Source: Octopus sinensis (lineage: Eukaryota). Taken from it: 64,000 nucleotides of DNA. The first letter of the stretch is position 1. Every line of letters starts with the position of its first letter. Positions 13,850-26,625 of this stretch are shown piece by piece. The notes below the pieces were generated by a model that saw only the letters and a program-made list of their open reading frames with translations, was not told the origin of the DNA and searched no databases. The position numbers and the translations under genes are program-made. Location: contig NC_043008.1 in NCBI RefSeq assembly GCF_006345805.1, forward strand, positions 35,216,001-35,280,000, given 5' to 3'.

Positions 13850-13985
13850 ATTCTTTTACAGCTGAGGGGACTCGGACAACGTGAAATGAAGGGTTTTGCT
13901 CAAGAACACAACATGCCGCTTGGTTCGTAAATCAAACCCACGATCTAGAGATCGCGAGTGCAACATGCTATGTAGGCTATGTACC
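13850..13985 (-). mobile_element. SINE family C, degraded
   Basis: acagctgaggggactcggacaacgtgaaatgaagggttttgctcaagaacac is the reverse complement of the 11885 copy core. Confidence 0.7.
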
Positions 13986-14483
13986 TTCACAAATTAAAGA
14001 TATGCGGTGAAAAATAGGGTGCCAAATGAATAGAAGCGTTTAAAGGGTTACAGGAAATGTTTTGCGATATTTGTTCCATTTTATTTTTACTTCTCTAAGT
14101 TCAAATACCACCGAAGTAAGCTTTGCTTCGCTTCGTTTGGGGTAAATAAATAAGCAGAAATACAAAACAGAAGACATAGAGAAGTGTTAGCATTTGTATA
14201 TTCCAGATGTGTGTTCTAAGTTCAAATACGGCCGAGGTCAGCTTTGCTTTTCATAAATTCGAGGAATGAAGATGGGGAGTCGATTAAACTGAGAAATAAA
14301 ACGGTGGACAAACAGAATTGCTAGAATATCGGAAGTCGTCGATGTCAACGGTGCTTTAATCTTTCCAGGGTCGATAGCATAAAGTACCAATCAAGTACTG
14401 GGATCGATGGTGTTGACTAAGCTTTTCCCATTGAAAATTACTGGTAATCAGTTTAAATTAGAATTCATTATTATTCTTGTTGT

Positions 14484-14790
14484 TAAGGCAGCAAGCTGGC
14501 AGAATCGTTAGCACGCCGAAGGCGGCGAGCTGGCAGAAACGTTAGCGCGCCGGGCGAAATGCTTAGCAGTATTTCGTCTGCCGTTACATTCTGAGTTCAA
14601 ATTCCTCCGAGGTCGACTTTCGGGGTCGATAAATTAAGTACCAGTTACGCACTGGGGTCGATGTAATCGACTTAATCCGTTTTTCTGTCCTTGTTTCTCC
14701 CCTCTATGTTTAGCACGCCGGGCAAAATGCATAACGGTATTTCGTCGGTCATTACGTTCTGAGCCCAAATTCCGCCGTGGTCGACTTTAT
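14484..14790 (+). mobile_element. Young SINE family B copy nested in an older family B copy
   Basis: The young copy (aaggcggcgagctggc..ctatgt) is flanked by the direct repeat ttagcacgccg. The old head lies upstream and the old body resumes at about 14718. Confidence 0.8.
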
Positions 14791-15322
14791 CTATAGTAGA
14801 AGAAAAAAATAATATGGTTGTCGTTATTCACGTAATTATTGTTGTGTAAAGACTCGTTTTAAAGCTCTTCTCGTTGTTTAGTTTCTAACGCATGTTGGAT
14901 TACGTCGAGTTCGTTTAATGCTAACATATGTAGCAAGAAGGAGGAGAACTAATTTGATAACTTCCCTATTTGGTGGAAGAATTTTATAATTTTGTTATTT
15001 GCTTCTGTTCTCAGCACAGAAATACATTTTCAGTAAAGTTATTATGGAGCTAATTATAGTAGTTATTGTGAGAAATATTTCCATTTAGGGAAGAAAAATA
15101 TTGTTATGAGGAGAAAGAATAAACAAAAGACATGCAGTTTTACTGACTGCTCTACTAATGTAAACAACACACGAATATATAGATACACACGCACACATGC
15201 ATGCTCACGCGCGCACGCGTGCATAAATAATGGGAGCTGATTAGAGCAACAACATCACAACAGGAAAAAATGGATCAGAGAAAAAAAAAAGGAGAAAACA
15301 GCGACTTAGACGCTGATGACAA

Positions 15323-15349
15323 CTAGCGAGACCCGTGGAAATTCCACGG
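15323..15349 (-). mobile_element. Helitron-type 3' terminus (hairpin plus CTAG|T)
   Basis: On the minus strand the palindrome ccgtgga-att-tccacgg lies 6 nt before CTAG followed by T. The 5' end was not identified. Confidence 0.5.
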
Positions 15350-15587
15350 TGTAACTCAGCATATTTGAAATACAGGTAATAAATTTCAAAAATTCTTTCG
15401 AAATCCTGCCATTTAATCAAAACTATTGTGAAATATAATCGAAATGAATTTAGATATTACTTATTTCTCCACTTTTAATATGCTTGACAAATATGATGTA
15501 CTTTACAGCTTCCACAAAACAACCTTCCCCTGTCTTGTACGTCGGAGGGGAAAATTCTAGGGACAATCATTTAGTCTTTACCCTTTA

Positions 15588-15673
<86 letters not shown>

Positions 15674-15702
15674 ATCTATCTATCTATCTATCTATCTATC
15701 TA

Positions 15703-15745
<43 letters not shown>

Positions 15746-15751
15746 TTCTCC

Positions 15752-15830
<79 letters not shown>

Positions 15831-15831
<1 letters not shown>

Positions 15832-16958
15832 CAGTAGATGAAACGGTGCATCGTATAAGAAATTACCGGGTAAATGTTTTTTAATTTTCTCCTGGTTTAC
15901 GGAATTGATGTTATTTTGCGGTTGAAGCTTTTGGCTGTTATTTCTAGTGGGTGAATGGCCTATTATGGCCGTTCCTTGATTGTGATGTTGAACTTAAAAA
16001 TGGTCTATGACTATTTAATTTTTTCCCACTAGGCCGCTGGTGGCAAAAAATTCTACAAAATTTTTTGCCACCCTATATTGATTAATTATGAATTTTCTGG
16101 TTAATTCCGTAATGGAATCGGCGGCTTATATTTATTTGCTGCCGATAAATTTGGCGCGAGTGCGATGATTTGAAAATTTTAGGTCAGATATTGCCGAGGC
16201 AGTGACGGAAATGCCTCGTGAAAATATCTGTTCCGACTTGGCTATTTCTTACTGATGATTCTAAGGGCCTATGGAAGATTGGCTTGATTTAATTTAATCA
16301 GGTTAGTTTACCATTAAACAGTAGATGAAACGGTGCATCGTATAAGAAATTAGAGGGTAAATGTTTTTTAATTTTCTCCTGGTTTACGGAATTGATGTTA
16401 TTTTGCGGTTGAAGTTTTTGGCTGTTATTTCTAGTGGGTGAATGGCCTATTATGGCCGTTCCTTGATTGTGATGTTGAACTTAAAAATGGTCTATGACTA
16501 TTAATTTTTTCCCACTAGGCCGCTGGTGGCAAAAAATTCTACAAAATTTTTTGCCACCCTATATTGATTAATTATGAATTTTCTGGTTAATTCCGTAATG
16601 GAATCGGCGGCTTATATTTATTTGCTGCCGATAATTTGGCGCGAGTGCGATGATTTGAAAATTTTAGGTCAGATATTGCCGAGGCAGTGACGGAAATGCC
16701 TCGTGAAAATATCTGTTCCGACTTGGCTATTTCTTACTGATGATTCTAAGGGCCTATGGAAGATTGGCTTGATTTAATTTAATCAGGTTAGTTTACCATT
16801 AAACAGTAGATGAAACGGTGCATCGTATAAGAAATTACAGGGTAAATGTTTTTTAATTTTCTCCTGGTTTACGGAATTGATGTTATTTTGCGGTTGAAGC
16901 TTTTGGCTGTTATTTCTAGTGGGTGAATGGCCTATTATGGCCGTTCCTTGATTGTGAT
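15831..16958. repeat. Tandem repeat, 2.3 copies of a 485-487 bp unit, bounded by (TA)n tracts
   Basis: acagtagatgaaacggtgcatcg starts at 15831, 16318 and 16803. Copies differ by a few substitutions and homopolymer indels. Confidence 0.95.
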
Positions 16959-17046
16959 ATATATATATATATATAATATTAGGGAGTAAATCCAAACTTA
17001 CAGGGAAAAATTAGATTTAGGATTAAATCAAATGTTACAGTATAAG

Positions 17047-17344
17047 TATAAATTAAATTAGAGATAAAACCACTATTAGGCAAATCAAACAGTGAAATAC
17101 ATAAACCAAAACATAAAAATAAATATAATCAATATAATATACAAAATATAAAATTTAAAATTTTATATTATTTAAAAAATTTTAATTTTCAATTTTTAAT
17201 TAATTAAAATTTTTTAAATAATATAAATTTTAAATTTTGTATATTTTGTATATTATATTAATTATATTTATTTTTATGTTTTGGTTTATGTCTTTCATTG
17301 TTTGATTTGCCTAATAGTGGTTTTATCTCTAATTTAATTTATAT
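17047..17344. repeat. AT-rich long inverted repeat (arms about 140 bp, spacer about 14 bp)
   Basis: aaattaaattagagataaaaccactattaggcaaatcaaac.. at 17050 has its reverse complement ending at 17340. Only a few mismatches along the arms. Confidence 0.95.
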
Positions 17345-18323
17345 ATATATATATGAAATTCTATCTGTCTGTTTGGGACCCTGTACCTCAGTCTACATTT
17401 GCTGTACATAGATATATTATAACTTTTTGGGAATCAGGATGATCCCGGGATTAAAAATCTGCCCTTCATTTGGTTCTTGAACATCCAGCATTGGGATCTA
17501 ATGTAAAAGCATTTGCGTTGCTATTTCTAGTAGGAAAAGCTTGGCTGATTCACGCCATCTTGGTTGACGCTTGTCAGATGTCATCAGAGATCAAGAGGTG
17601 GGGGACAAATGACCTTTACTTCGATAGTTTTACGTCGAGATAAAGACTTGGGGACTGATTGACCAGCATTTGGAATTCAACTTGGGACTGGAACAATAGA
17701 ATGATTGCATTAGAAAATTTATTTTCATCCGTCCTTAACCTCTGATGAAATACCGCAGGGGCATATAGTCATTATAGCCGTATTATAGTCATGTTATTAA
17801 CCCTCATTAGTTTTGGACCGCAACCTAGTTATCCCTCCGGAGTAGCGAGCTCAAAAGTCTGCACAGATTGCAGCTTTTTAGCCAGTATACACACGCACAC
17901 ACACACATACACACGCACATGCACGCACACGCACGCACGCACGCAGACACATACATTAATAAGTTTGAAAAGGGAGAGATTCAACGGATATAAATTGATT
18001 TATTAATTAATTAACATTGCCTACAATTGTTTCACTTCACACCCAATTTAAATTACTAACGTATGATAATATAAGTTGCATTTTGAATATCTTGGGTGGA
18101 AAACTTTCAGGGTAAAATGGACATTACAGAGTTTACATTTTGATCAGTTGAAATACTCCAACAGACTAACCAGATGAAATATATATATGTTTATACGTAC
18201 ATGTAAGCAAGATCTTGGTTCCAAAATCGGTTCTTTCTCTATTGACAAGAAATCTTGAGAAACTGAATAATAACATTCACATATACTAATATACATACAT
18301 ACATACATACATACATACATACA

Positions 18324-18400
<77 letters not shown>

Positions 18401-18523
18401 CATACACTCGTTTATATTGCTATTTAATATACAAGCAGTTCAGTTTATCGAACGTCTGGAACAGTCACCGTCGAGATTGACGGAGAATCCATTTACTTGA
18501 TATGCGTGTGTATATGTGTGTGT

Positions 18524-18626
<103 letters not shown>

Positions 18627-19042
18627 TTAACTCTATATAATTTTGTCATATTTCTCAATTTCTTATTTGCATTTCCTGCTTGTGTATTTAGACACCAAAA
18701 TATTTCCACTTGTAACAGAAATCTAATGTAAATTGTTCGTATTTCAGTTATGGTAAAAATAAAGAAATAAAAATCAATATTTATTAAATTAAATATTTAA
18801 GTAAGAATTATATTGTAAATAAAGACATTAGGAAATTGCTTGCAGCATTTAAGTACCTACCATTACGTTGTGTGTTAACCCTCCCCAGCTTCGCCAGCAC
18901 AAACACCAACAACATCACCAGCCTTCGAGTTACCTTCGTCTAAATTCTGGGTCGATAAAATATTTACCAGTCAAGTGCTTCGACTATTTTCTTACTGAAA
19001 ATATCTGTAGATGTGAAATAATGCATATGTTTGAAATCATCG

Positions 19043-19075
<33 letters not shown>

Positions 19076-19094
19076 CCATTATCATTATGTAAAT

Positions 19095-19300
19095 CGGCGA
19101 GCTGGCAAAATTGTTAAGGCGCCTGGAAAAATGCTTGGCGCCGATTCGTATGAACTTTTCCGATCTGACTTCAACTTTCACCGAGTTCGTCCTTGCCTTT
19201 CATCCTTTCGAGTCGATAATATAGGTACCAGTCAAACACTGGGGTCGATGTAATCGGCTCACCCCGCCCTCGGAATTGCTGGCTTTGTGCCAAAATTATC
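19095..19300 (+). mobile_element. SINE family B
   Basis: ggcgagctggcaaaattgttaag head, cctttcatcctttcgagtcgat core, gctggctttgtgccaaaa tail, then (ATT)n. Confidence 0.85.
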
Positions 19301-19340
<40 letters not shown>

Positions 19341-20264
19341 GTAAGAGATACTTTTTCGTAGCTCGTCTCTTACTTTAGAGCGGTTATAGTAACCGAGTAA
19401 GGGATAAGATATCCGTATATACTATCGGTATTCGTTACCTGTATTATCCTCAGGCAATGGTGTGCAGGCACACCATATACGGCCCTCAGTATCTATGCAT
19501 TGACTTATTCCCCGTTTCTTTTTCTTTTCTTGTCTAATTCATAAACTAATCATTTATAACGGTTTTAACTTATGATCCCGGTTCAAATTGTAACTGACCA
19601 ATTCTAGAGATCGCTGAACTTAGACTTGTCCCATTGTGGATTATAGGTGGGATTCACCGTATTAATTTCTTTGAGTAATTTTTTTTCTTTAGCTCTCTAC
19701 GATAATTGTTTACTTTTACTAGAGTTTACTCTGGTAGCATAGGTACTGTCCTTTGATAATCATGTTAGTATTTTCTTTATATATCGTTTCTTGATAACTT
19801 CTTTTCTTAAACACCATGAGCCCCTATCCTTAAAATTGCACCTATCCATTAATAAATTTTAGTATTCGCTAGACCTTTACTAGCTCACTCTTTTACCTAC
19901 CGACCCTATAGCTCTGATGGTAAATCATTATTTGCTCTTCACATATTAGACTTCTAGACTATTTGTCCAAGCCATGTTTTCTTTTTTTTCCCTTCTTCCT
20001 TTTGTTTACATTATATGCTCTTGTTTTTCACTCTGATGAAGATTCGTTGCCTTAATTCGAATGCTCTATGAAGATGAGGAATTTTATCTCGCATTTATGT
20101 ATAGCCTACACTTTGGCAATATGATCAGTAACGGCCATAAGATATGTTACGTCAGCTATTCTATTGTCATGCTTTGTATTAAAAATAAGCTATAAATGTG
20201 GTCCAACAGATGTGTTGGTTAACATGTGGTTTTCTCCATTTCTAATTATATATATATATATATA

Positions 20265-20487
20265 AAGTTAATCCAAACAAGAAAGCACAAAAAAAACACA
20301 ACAACGCGAGGACGTGGAACAAATATAGTATTATTGGACGCTCAGGAAAGAAGGAAAGAAGGAGGGTTTAACGTTTCGAGCGGAGCTCTTCGTCGGAAAC
20401 ATAGGAGAAGGCAAGATCCAGAGAAGGGAAGACAGAGGAAAAAAAATCGCCAACGGTACACACGAGGTCACATTTTGAAAGGTGTTA
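20265..20487 (-). mobile_element. About 220-bp non-coding element between (TA)n tracts carrying a hammerhead-like motif; probable Penelope-derived non-autonomous repeat
   Basis: Minus strand 20400-20366 reads GTTT CCGACGA A GAGC TCC GCTC GAAA CG T T AAAC. A related motif and flanks occur at 63944-64000. Confidence 0.5.
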
Positions 20488-20624
20488 TATATATATATAT
20501 ATAAGCCATTGTCTGATATATAGAAATGTTTTAGATATTCTATTTAAAGCCAACAAAGAGCAATACAAGTTATTAAAATTAATAATACAGGTCAACGTTT
20601 AGTAATATTACTTGGTTTTAAGGC

Positions 20625-20830
20625 GATGAACTGGCAGAATCGTTAACTCGATGAGTAAGATTCTTAGCAGTGATTCGTCCGTCTTTACGTTCTGACTTCA
20701 AATTTCGCTGAGGTTGTCTTTACCCGTTATCCTTTCGGGATCCTTATAATATGTACGAGCTGAACACTTGAGTTGATATAATCGTATTACCTTCCCCGAA
20801 ACCGCTGGCCTTGTGCCAAACTATTAAGCC
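20625..20830 (+). mobile_element. SINE family B
   Basis: aaggcgatgaactggcagaatcgttaac head, gctggccttgtgccaaa tail. Confidence 0.8.
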
Positions 20831-20932
20831 AAGATAATCTGGTATTTCAACATTTTAGGTTTAGGACCACTTCTTCAGGAAATTTGCGTAAAAAGGTTTA
20901 GGTAGCTTGATAGTTGATATCGCTGCCCTATG

Positions 20933-21071
<139 letters not shown>

Positions 21072-21468
21072 TCTATGCTAATGCTTCTTTCGACAAAAAC
21101 ACATGCGGAATTGCCACACTCCAGACAGCCGAGTTTCCATTCAAACCACAGGAAGAAACATTGGGAACTTGAGAATAATAGAATCTATTTTAATTAACGA
21201 ATACAACTCGGGAATTATTAATAGATCGGAATTGCTCGTAGATGACTGAATGCTATAGCAACACAAAGCAAGTCTTCATGCACACAGATACATCAGCTAT
21301 CAGCTCTTCTTCTGCGTAAATATCCTGAAGAAGGGCTCCTAACGTTAAATTATAGAAAAACCAGGTAATAGAACTAACCATCGACCTGTGTTATTAATTT
21401 GTATATATTGTATTGTTCAACTTTTAAAACTATCTAAAACATATGTGTATACATATACATACATACAT

Positions 21469-21550
<82 letters not shown>

Positions 21551-22079
21551 ATATATGTAAAAGTATATATATATGTATGTATATATGTATAAAAAATATA
21601 TCTGTCCTCACTATCATAAGGTCGTGTGTTCGATTCCTAGAGCGTGTTTGCGTCGGGTCCTTTAGCACTAATTTTGAATTAAGCGAAAGAATCCAAAATA
21701 TAAATAAAAATAGAAAGATATGAACTTTCTGTGGATCGTTGAGGTAGTATCCGATCAGTCCAAATCGAACAGATCTATAATCAAAGTAATTCTAGTTGTG
21801 ACCATTCCGATTTTTTTTTTAAGAGGTAGTGTATCATGAGTTACATTATCAAATATGGCGTTCCGTTTTTAAGATCGTCGCGAGTGGTGCGTAGTAGAGC
21901 TTACAGTTGTTTTAAGTAGGCTTACTAACTACGCTGAAGCTCCATAAAATAATCGATATGGCTCTCGAGCAAGTTATTGTAAAAAATGGTTGAGATGTGA
22001 GTGGGGATTAATATTTAACCCCATAAAGTAAAAGTCAATGAATCTCCTACGGTTTCCACAATAATTATTCAGTTAATTG

Positions 22080-22230
22080 TGCCAGCGCGTGGCTTTATGA
22101 TTAGGATGCTCAGCTCATGTCCTGAAAGCCGTGGATTCAATCCGGAGACCATGCGATGCATTATGTTCTTGATCAAGGTACTTCATTTCACGTTGATCCA
22201 GTGTAATTAAGCCGCAGACAAGTACCAGCT
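22080..22230 (+). mobile_element. SINE family C, degraded
   Basis: gcgcgtggctttatgattagg..ggattcaatcc..ttcttgatcaaggtacttcatttcacgttg. Confidence 0.65.
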
Positions 22231-22724
22231 AGCTGCAAGTACAGCTCTCTTTCTCTCTCTTTCCATTCCTTTCTCTCATACTCACTCTCTCTTTCTCTCT
22301 GTCCTTCCCTCAAGCTGTTAGAGGGTGAATGGGCTGAAGGTTTTTCCCTCTCTGGCTGAAACTATGTAACCCCTTAAAACTATTAGTGAAAGCATAATGT
22401 AGGGCAACGAGTCACTCGTTCGCGTCTGCCCCAGATAGCTGTACTGTATTGCACTGTACTCAGTTATTTGATCAACTGAACTCTTTGTTTATTGAATTAG
22501 CAAATAGATAGCTAAGCTTTGCACAGGCACTTGTACTTTTAACGGTAACGAACACTACAGAACGTGTGAAACAATAACAGCGAAAACTGATGCCTCAAGG
22601 GATCTAATACGTCGCATCCAAAGAAAAATATATATTTATTAATTTACACTTGCATTATTCATCATCTCATTCTTATTGTTACTGTTGTTGCTGTGGTCGT
22701 TGCTGTAGTCTAAATTTACGTCAA

Positions 22725-22895
22725 ACATGATCGAACAGAAATATGATCAAAGGCGTTCCAGCTTCGACAATCACGTGCTGCTTACGGCTGTCCAGGACAA
22801 CACTATCAAAACATTCTCTCTCTTGTTTTGATGACTGTCGGGTGCAAATTTGAATAAAGTTGGCTGTCATTTCTAGTTGATTGAGCGACCAGGTA
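22725..22895 (+). repeat. Unclassified dispersed repeat
   Basis: gatcgaacag..gatcaaagg also occurs near 21765. The ttggctg(t/c)(t/c)atttctag segment also occurs near 15930, 17520, 44965 (-) and 48570 (-). Confidence 0.5.
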
Positions 22896-22949
22896 TGCTG
22901 AAAGAATCAATTTTTATAATGGCCTATGATACAAGAGAAGTTTTTGAAC

Positions 22950-23909
22950 GTATGACTGCATGAAATTTGTAGGTTTGGAAAAGATTTCTGTAAAGTTTGG
23001 GGCTATGAAAAAGGCAATATAGTAGGTTAGAGAAGGGACTCAAGTGGCTTTGAAGATTCTGATCGGTAAAGAAGGAGTTAGTCGAAAAGATCGTAAATAT
23101 TCTTCAAATATCCAAATCACGTGTTAAAATTCATCTGCATCAACTTAGCTGTGTCAGTAGGCTCCATGTTTGAGTTTTACATTAAGTGAATGAGACTAAC
23201 CTTGTCCAAAGATTTTCCCCCTGAGATTAGTTGCAGAAATGTGAAGAAAACGATTCATTTTTTTTTTTAAGGGAATGGTCACAGACGACGAAAAATAGAT
23301 TGCCTATAACAATAGGAAGCATAAACGACCATAGGGAAAGAAGGGCGAACCACCACAAACAACCTCTAAAACAGGAGTTCACCCGAAGAAGTTTATGTTT
23401 TCAATTTGGTGCGATTGAAAGGGTGTTGTTTTTCAAGAGCTTTGTCCTACGAACAAAACCTTCATGAATTCGGATGTGAACTATGACCAGCTGGACGAAT
23501 TAAATGCAGCGATGCACCACAAGAGTCCAGGATTTCCTAATGTAAAAGGCATTGCTTTTCATCACGACAATGCCAGACTCCACACTTCTTTGCGTAAGTC
23601 GTAGAAGTTGCTGGGGGCTTGAGTGGGATGTTTTGCCGCATCTGACCTTGCCTCTCAGATTTCCACTTGTTCCGGTGTCTTTAAAATACACTCAATGGAC
23701 AGAATTTCACTTCTGAATATGTAAAAATTCATCTTGAGGATTTTTGTTGCCAATAAAAACAGGAAATTCTTTGGATATGGAATAATGGATCTGCACACAA
23801 ATTGACAGAAGATATTGGTACGAAACCATAATGATATCGTTGATTGAATGTGTTTAAAATTTGTCTCATTCTCGTTTAAAAAAATCGAAAGCACCTATTG
23901 GTCAACCCA

Positions 23910-23912
<3 letters not shown>
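22950..23912 (+). mobile_element. mariner (DD34D) transposase pseudogene with right terminus
   Basis: HLHQLSCVSRLHV*VLH, MVTDDEK*IAYNN, GVHPKKFMFSIWCD*KG, FHHDNARLHTS, WDVLPH/DL (PPYSP deleted), DFHLF. Ends caacccaata followed by TA. Confidence 0.9.
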
Positions 23913-23942
<30 letters not shown>

Positions 23943-24263
23943 GTGTGTGTGTGTGTGTGTATACATATACAAACGAAATTTTAGGCTTCGTTCATTGGAC
24001 TGTGGTCAAGCTGGAGCACAGTCAATTTCAGAATTATTGTAATCTTCTATTTAAGTCATCCTCTACTTAAGTTTGGTGGTAAGTAACGGGGTGTAAAATG
24101 ATGTAATATAAACAGCATGATTGTTTTGACGGGTGGAAACTTAAGCGCAGGCATCGCAGATATATTTATGTGTGTATGTGTATACACATAAGCACAGAAG
24201 CACAGTCACGCGCGCACACACACACACATATTAAACAGGTGTAAACATAAGCGCAGGCACTCC

Positions 24264-24305
<42 letters not shown>

Positions 24306-24454
24306 TTAAGCGCGGGGACGCAGAAATACTGCTGGTCGGTGTCAGGATCCGCTGCAAAACATCGGAAAGTGAAGGAATTCTCGTTGTTGCCAGCATCTTT
24401 CTAGGAATAGGAAATTCTGAAGTAAACCTTGCGGTTCCACGTGATTGCTCGTCA

Positions 24455-24862
24455 TCTCAACGATATCCTCTGTCATTTTGTGCGCTGATTCATTATCCCA
24501 TGTTCAAAGATTTTCCTGTTTTTAATGGCAACAAAAATCTTCCAAGTGAATTTTAACATCTTCAGAGGTGAAAGTGTGTCCATTGAATGAATTTTGAAGA
24601 GACCGGATCAAGTGGAAATCTGAGAAACAGGGTCGGGTGCGGCAAAACTCAAGCCCCCAGCAACTTCTGCTGCTTACGCAAAGAAGTGTAGAGTCTGGCA
24701 TTGTCGTAATGAAAAACAATGCCCTTTACGTTAACAAGTGTTGGACGCTTGTGGTGCATCGCTGCATTTAATTCGTCCAGCTGGTCATAGTTCACATCCG
24801 AATTCATGAAGGTTTTGTTCGTAGGACAAAGCTCTTGAAAAACAACACACTTCAACACTTCA
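24455..24862 (-). mobile_element. Second mariner fragment, inverted relative to 23421-23850
   Basis: ORF 24649-24885 (..VFQELCPTNKTFMNSD..VFHYDNARLYTSLRKQQKLLG). It has the same PPYSP deletion as the plus copy. Confidence 0.9.
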
Positions 24863-25720
24863 GCCTGTCGCTGGGTGGTAATCACGGAGACTCAGATAAT
24901 GCTGTTCGAGTCGTACAAGCGTTTATCAATATAATATAATGATGTATAGATGCCTTTCTATGGTGTCTTATGACAGAGGAAGAATTTGGCGACGTGAGAC
25001 CACCTAACTAGTTGAAAGCGCGCAGTAAGATACAAATTTCGTCAGTCTCTTATGCTTCAGACCATGTAGATCTGCAATGGGGTTGAATTGTCATCTGAGA
25101 GGTTATGGGCGGAAAGTCAGAAATGCTACAGACAACGAAAAACCACAAAGAGACGCCAACCATCTGTGAAGATGGAGAACTATATACGTATCTATTCATC
25201 CGGCAGAATTTCTCTCAACCGAACTGTCCTCACATCTGCATCGCTGCATTTAATTCGTCCAGCTGGTCATAGTTCACATCCGAATTCATGAAGGTTTTGT
25301 TCGTAGGACAAAGCTCTTGAAAAACAACACACTTCAACACTTCAGCCTGTCGCTGGGTGGTAATCACGGAGACTCAGATAATGCTGTTCGAGTCGTACAA
25401 GCGTTTATCAATATAATATAATGATGTATAGATGCCTTTCTATGGTGTCTTATGACAGAGGAAGAATTTGGCGACGTGAGACCACCTAACTAGTTGAAAG
25501 CGCGCAGTAAGATACAAATTTCGTCAGTCTCTTATGCTTCAGACCATGTAGATCTGCAATGGGGTTGAATTGTCATCTGAGAGGTTATGGGCGGAAAGTC
25601 AGAAATGCTACAGACAACGAAAAACCACAAAGAGACGCCAACCATCTGTGAAGATGGAGAACTATATACGTATCTATTCATCCGGCAGAATTTCTCTCAA
25701 CCGAACTGTCCTCACATCTG
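24755..25720. repeat. Near-perfect tandem duplication, 482-bp unit
   Basis: tgcatcgctgcattt starts at 24755 and 25237. ORFs at 25088 and 25570 share identical starts exactly 482 bp apart. Confidence 0.95.
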
Positions 25721-26452
25721 TCGCACATCATGAGGTTATAGTAATGAACTCTTGCCAAAGTTGCTGCATAGTAGGATTGATCAAAGAACAATATTGTTTT
25801 GACGAGATCGTCTTAAGATGGTCATACCTGCGTCTATAAATGGAAGGTTGGCAAATCATTATCATAATCAGTGTACACGAAATTCTGTTAACTGTTGATT
25901 TTCTTTAAATGAAAATATTTGAAATAACACCATCCTGGTAACTCCTCGTTTCTTTCTTCTTCTTGTTTATATATATGACAGTGATTGTTATAAAATATTG
26001 CATCCAAATCGAAAAAAATACTTAGTTTAGCGAGTTGAATGTACAGTATTTATTAAAATCTGCTCGACTGCATTCAAACGACAGACGTATTTCTATTATA
26101 TACTAGTTTCCGACAGCTGTATTTGTTTGAGAATGGCAAATAGAAATAAATTATATGTTAAGATCGGTGAGCAATAATTTAACTAGCTGCCTTCAATTTA
26201 GGAAAGTTTAAGGTACTACTTTCATGAAAGGGAAGTAGATATGAAGAAACGTGGCATTGATAAATGGTTCCAATTAGAAGAAACGTCTTCAACAAAGTTA
26301 GGCGAGACGTTGTCATCTGTACCGCTCGCCTGTGGTGGTGGTCGTGGGCAGTTCTTTTGCGAAGCCTAGTCTGAGTGTAAACTATACGAGATGTTAATGA
26401 TTTGAAGGAGGCAAACAAATTACTTTTGATGAAGTATTTCAATTGATTAACA

Positions 26453-26625
26453 GGCGTGGCTGTGTGGTAAGAAGATTCCTTCCTAACCACAAGGTTCTGG
26501 ATTCGGTCCTACTGAGTAGTACCCCGGACAAGTATTTTTTACTACAGTCGCGGACCAACCAAAGCTTGTGAGTGGATTTAGTAAACGGAAACTGAAAGAA
26601 GCCCGTCGAATATATATATATATAT
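26453..26625 (+). mobile_element. SINE family A, 5' half
   Basis: ggcgtggctgtgtggtaagaag (A-box-like), ggattcggtcc, ccaaagcttgtgagtggattt..ggaaactgaaagaagcccgtcg, then (TA)n. Confidence 0.85.

Noticed and set aside
17047-17344. Mitochondrial control-region insertion
   Set aside because: No adjacent mitochondrial tRNA, rRNA or protein sequence; AT richness alone is not evidence.
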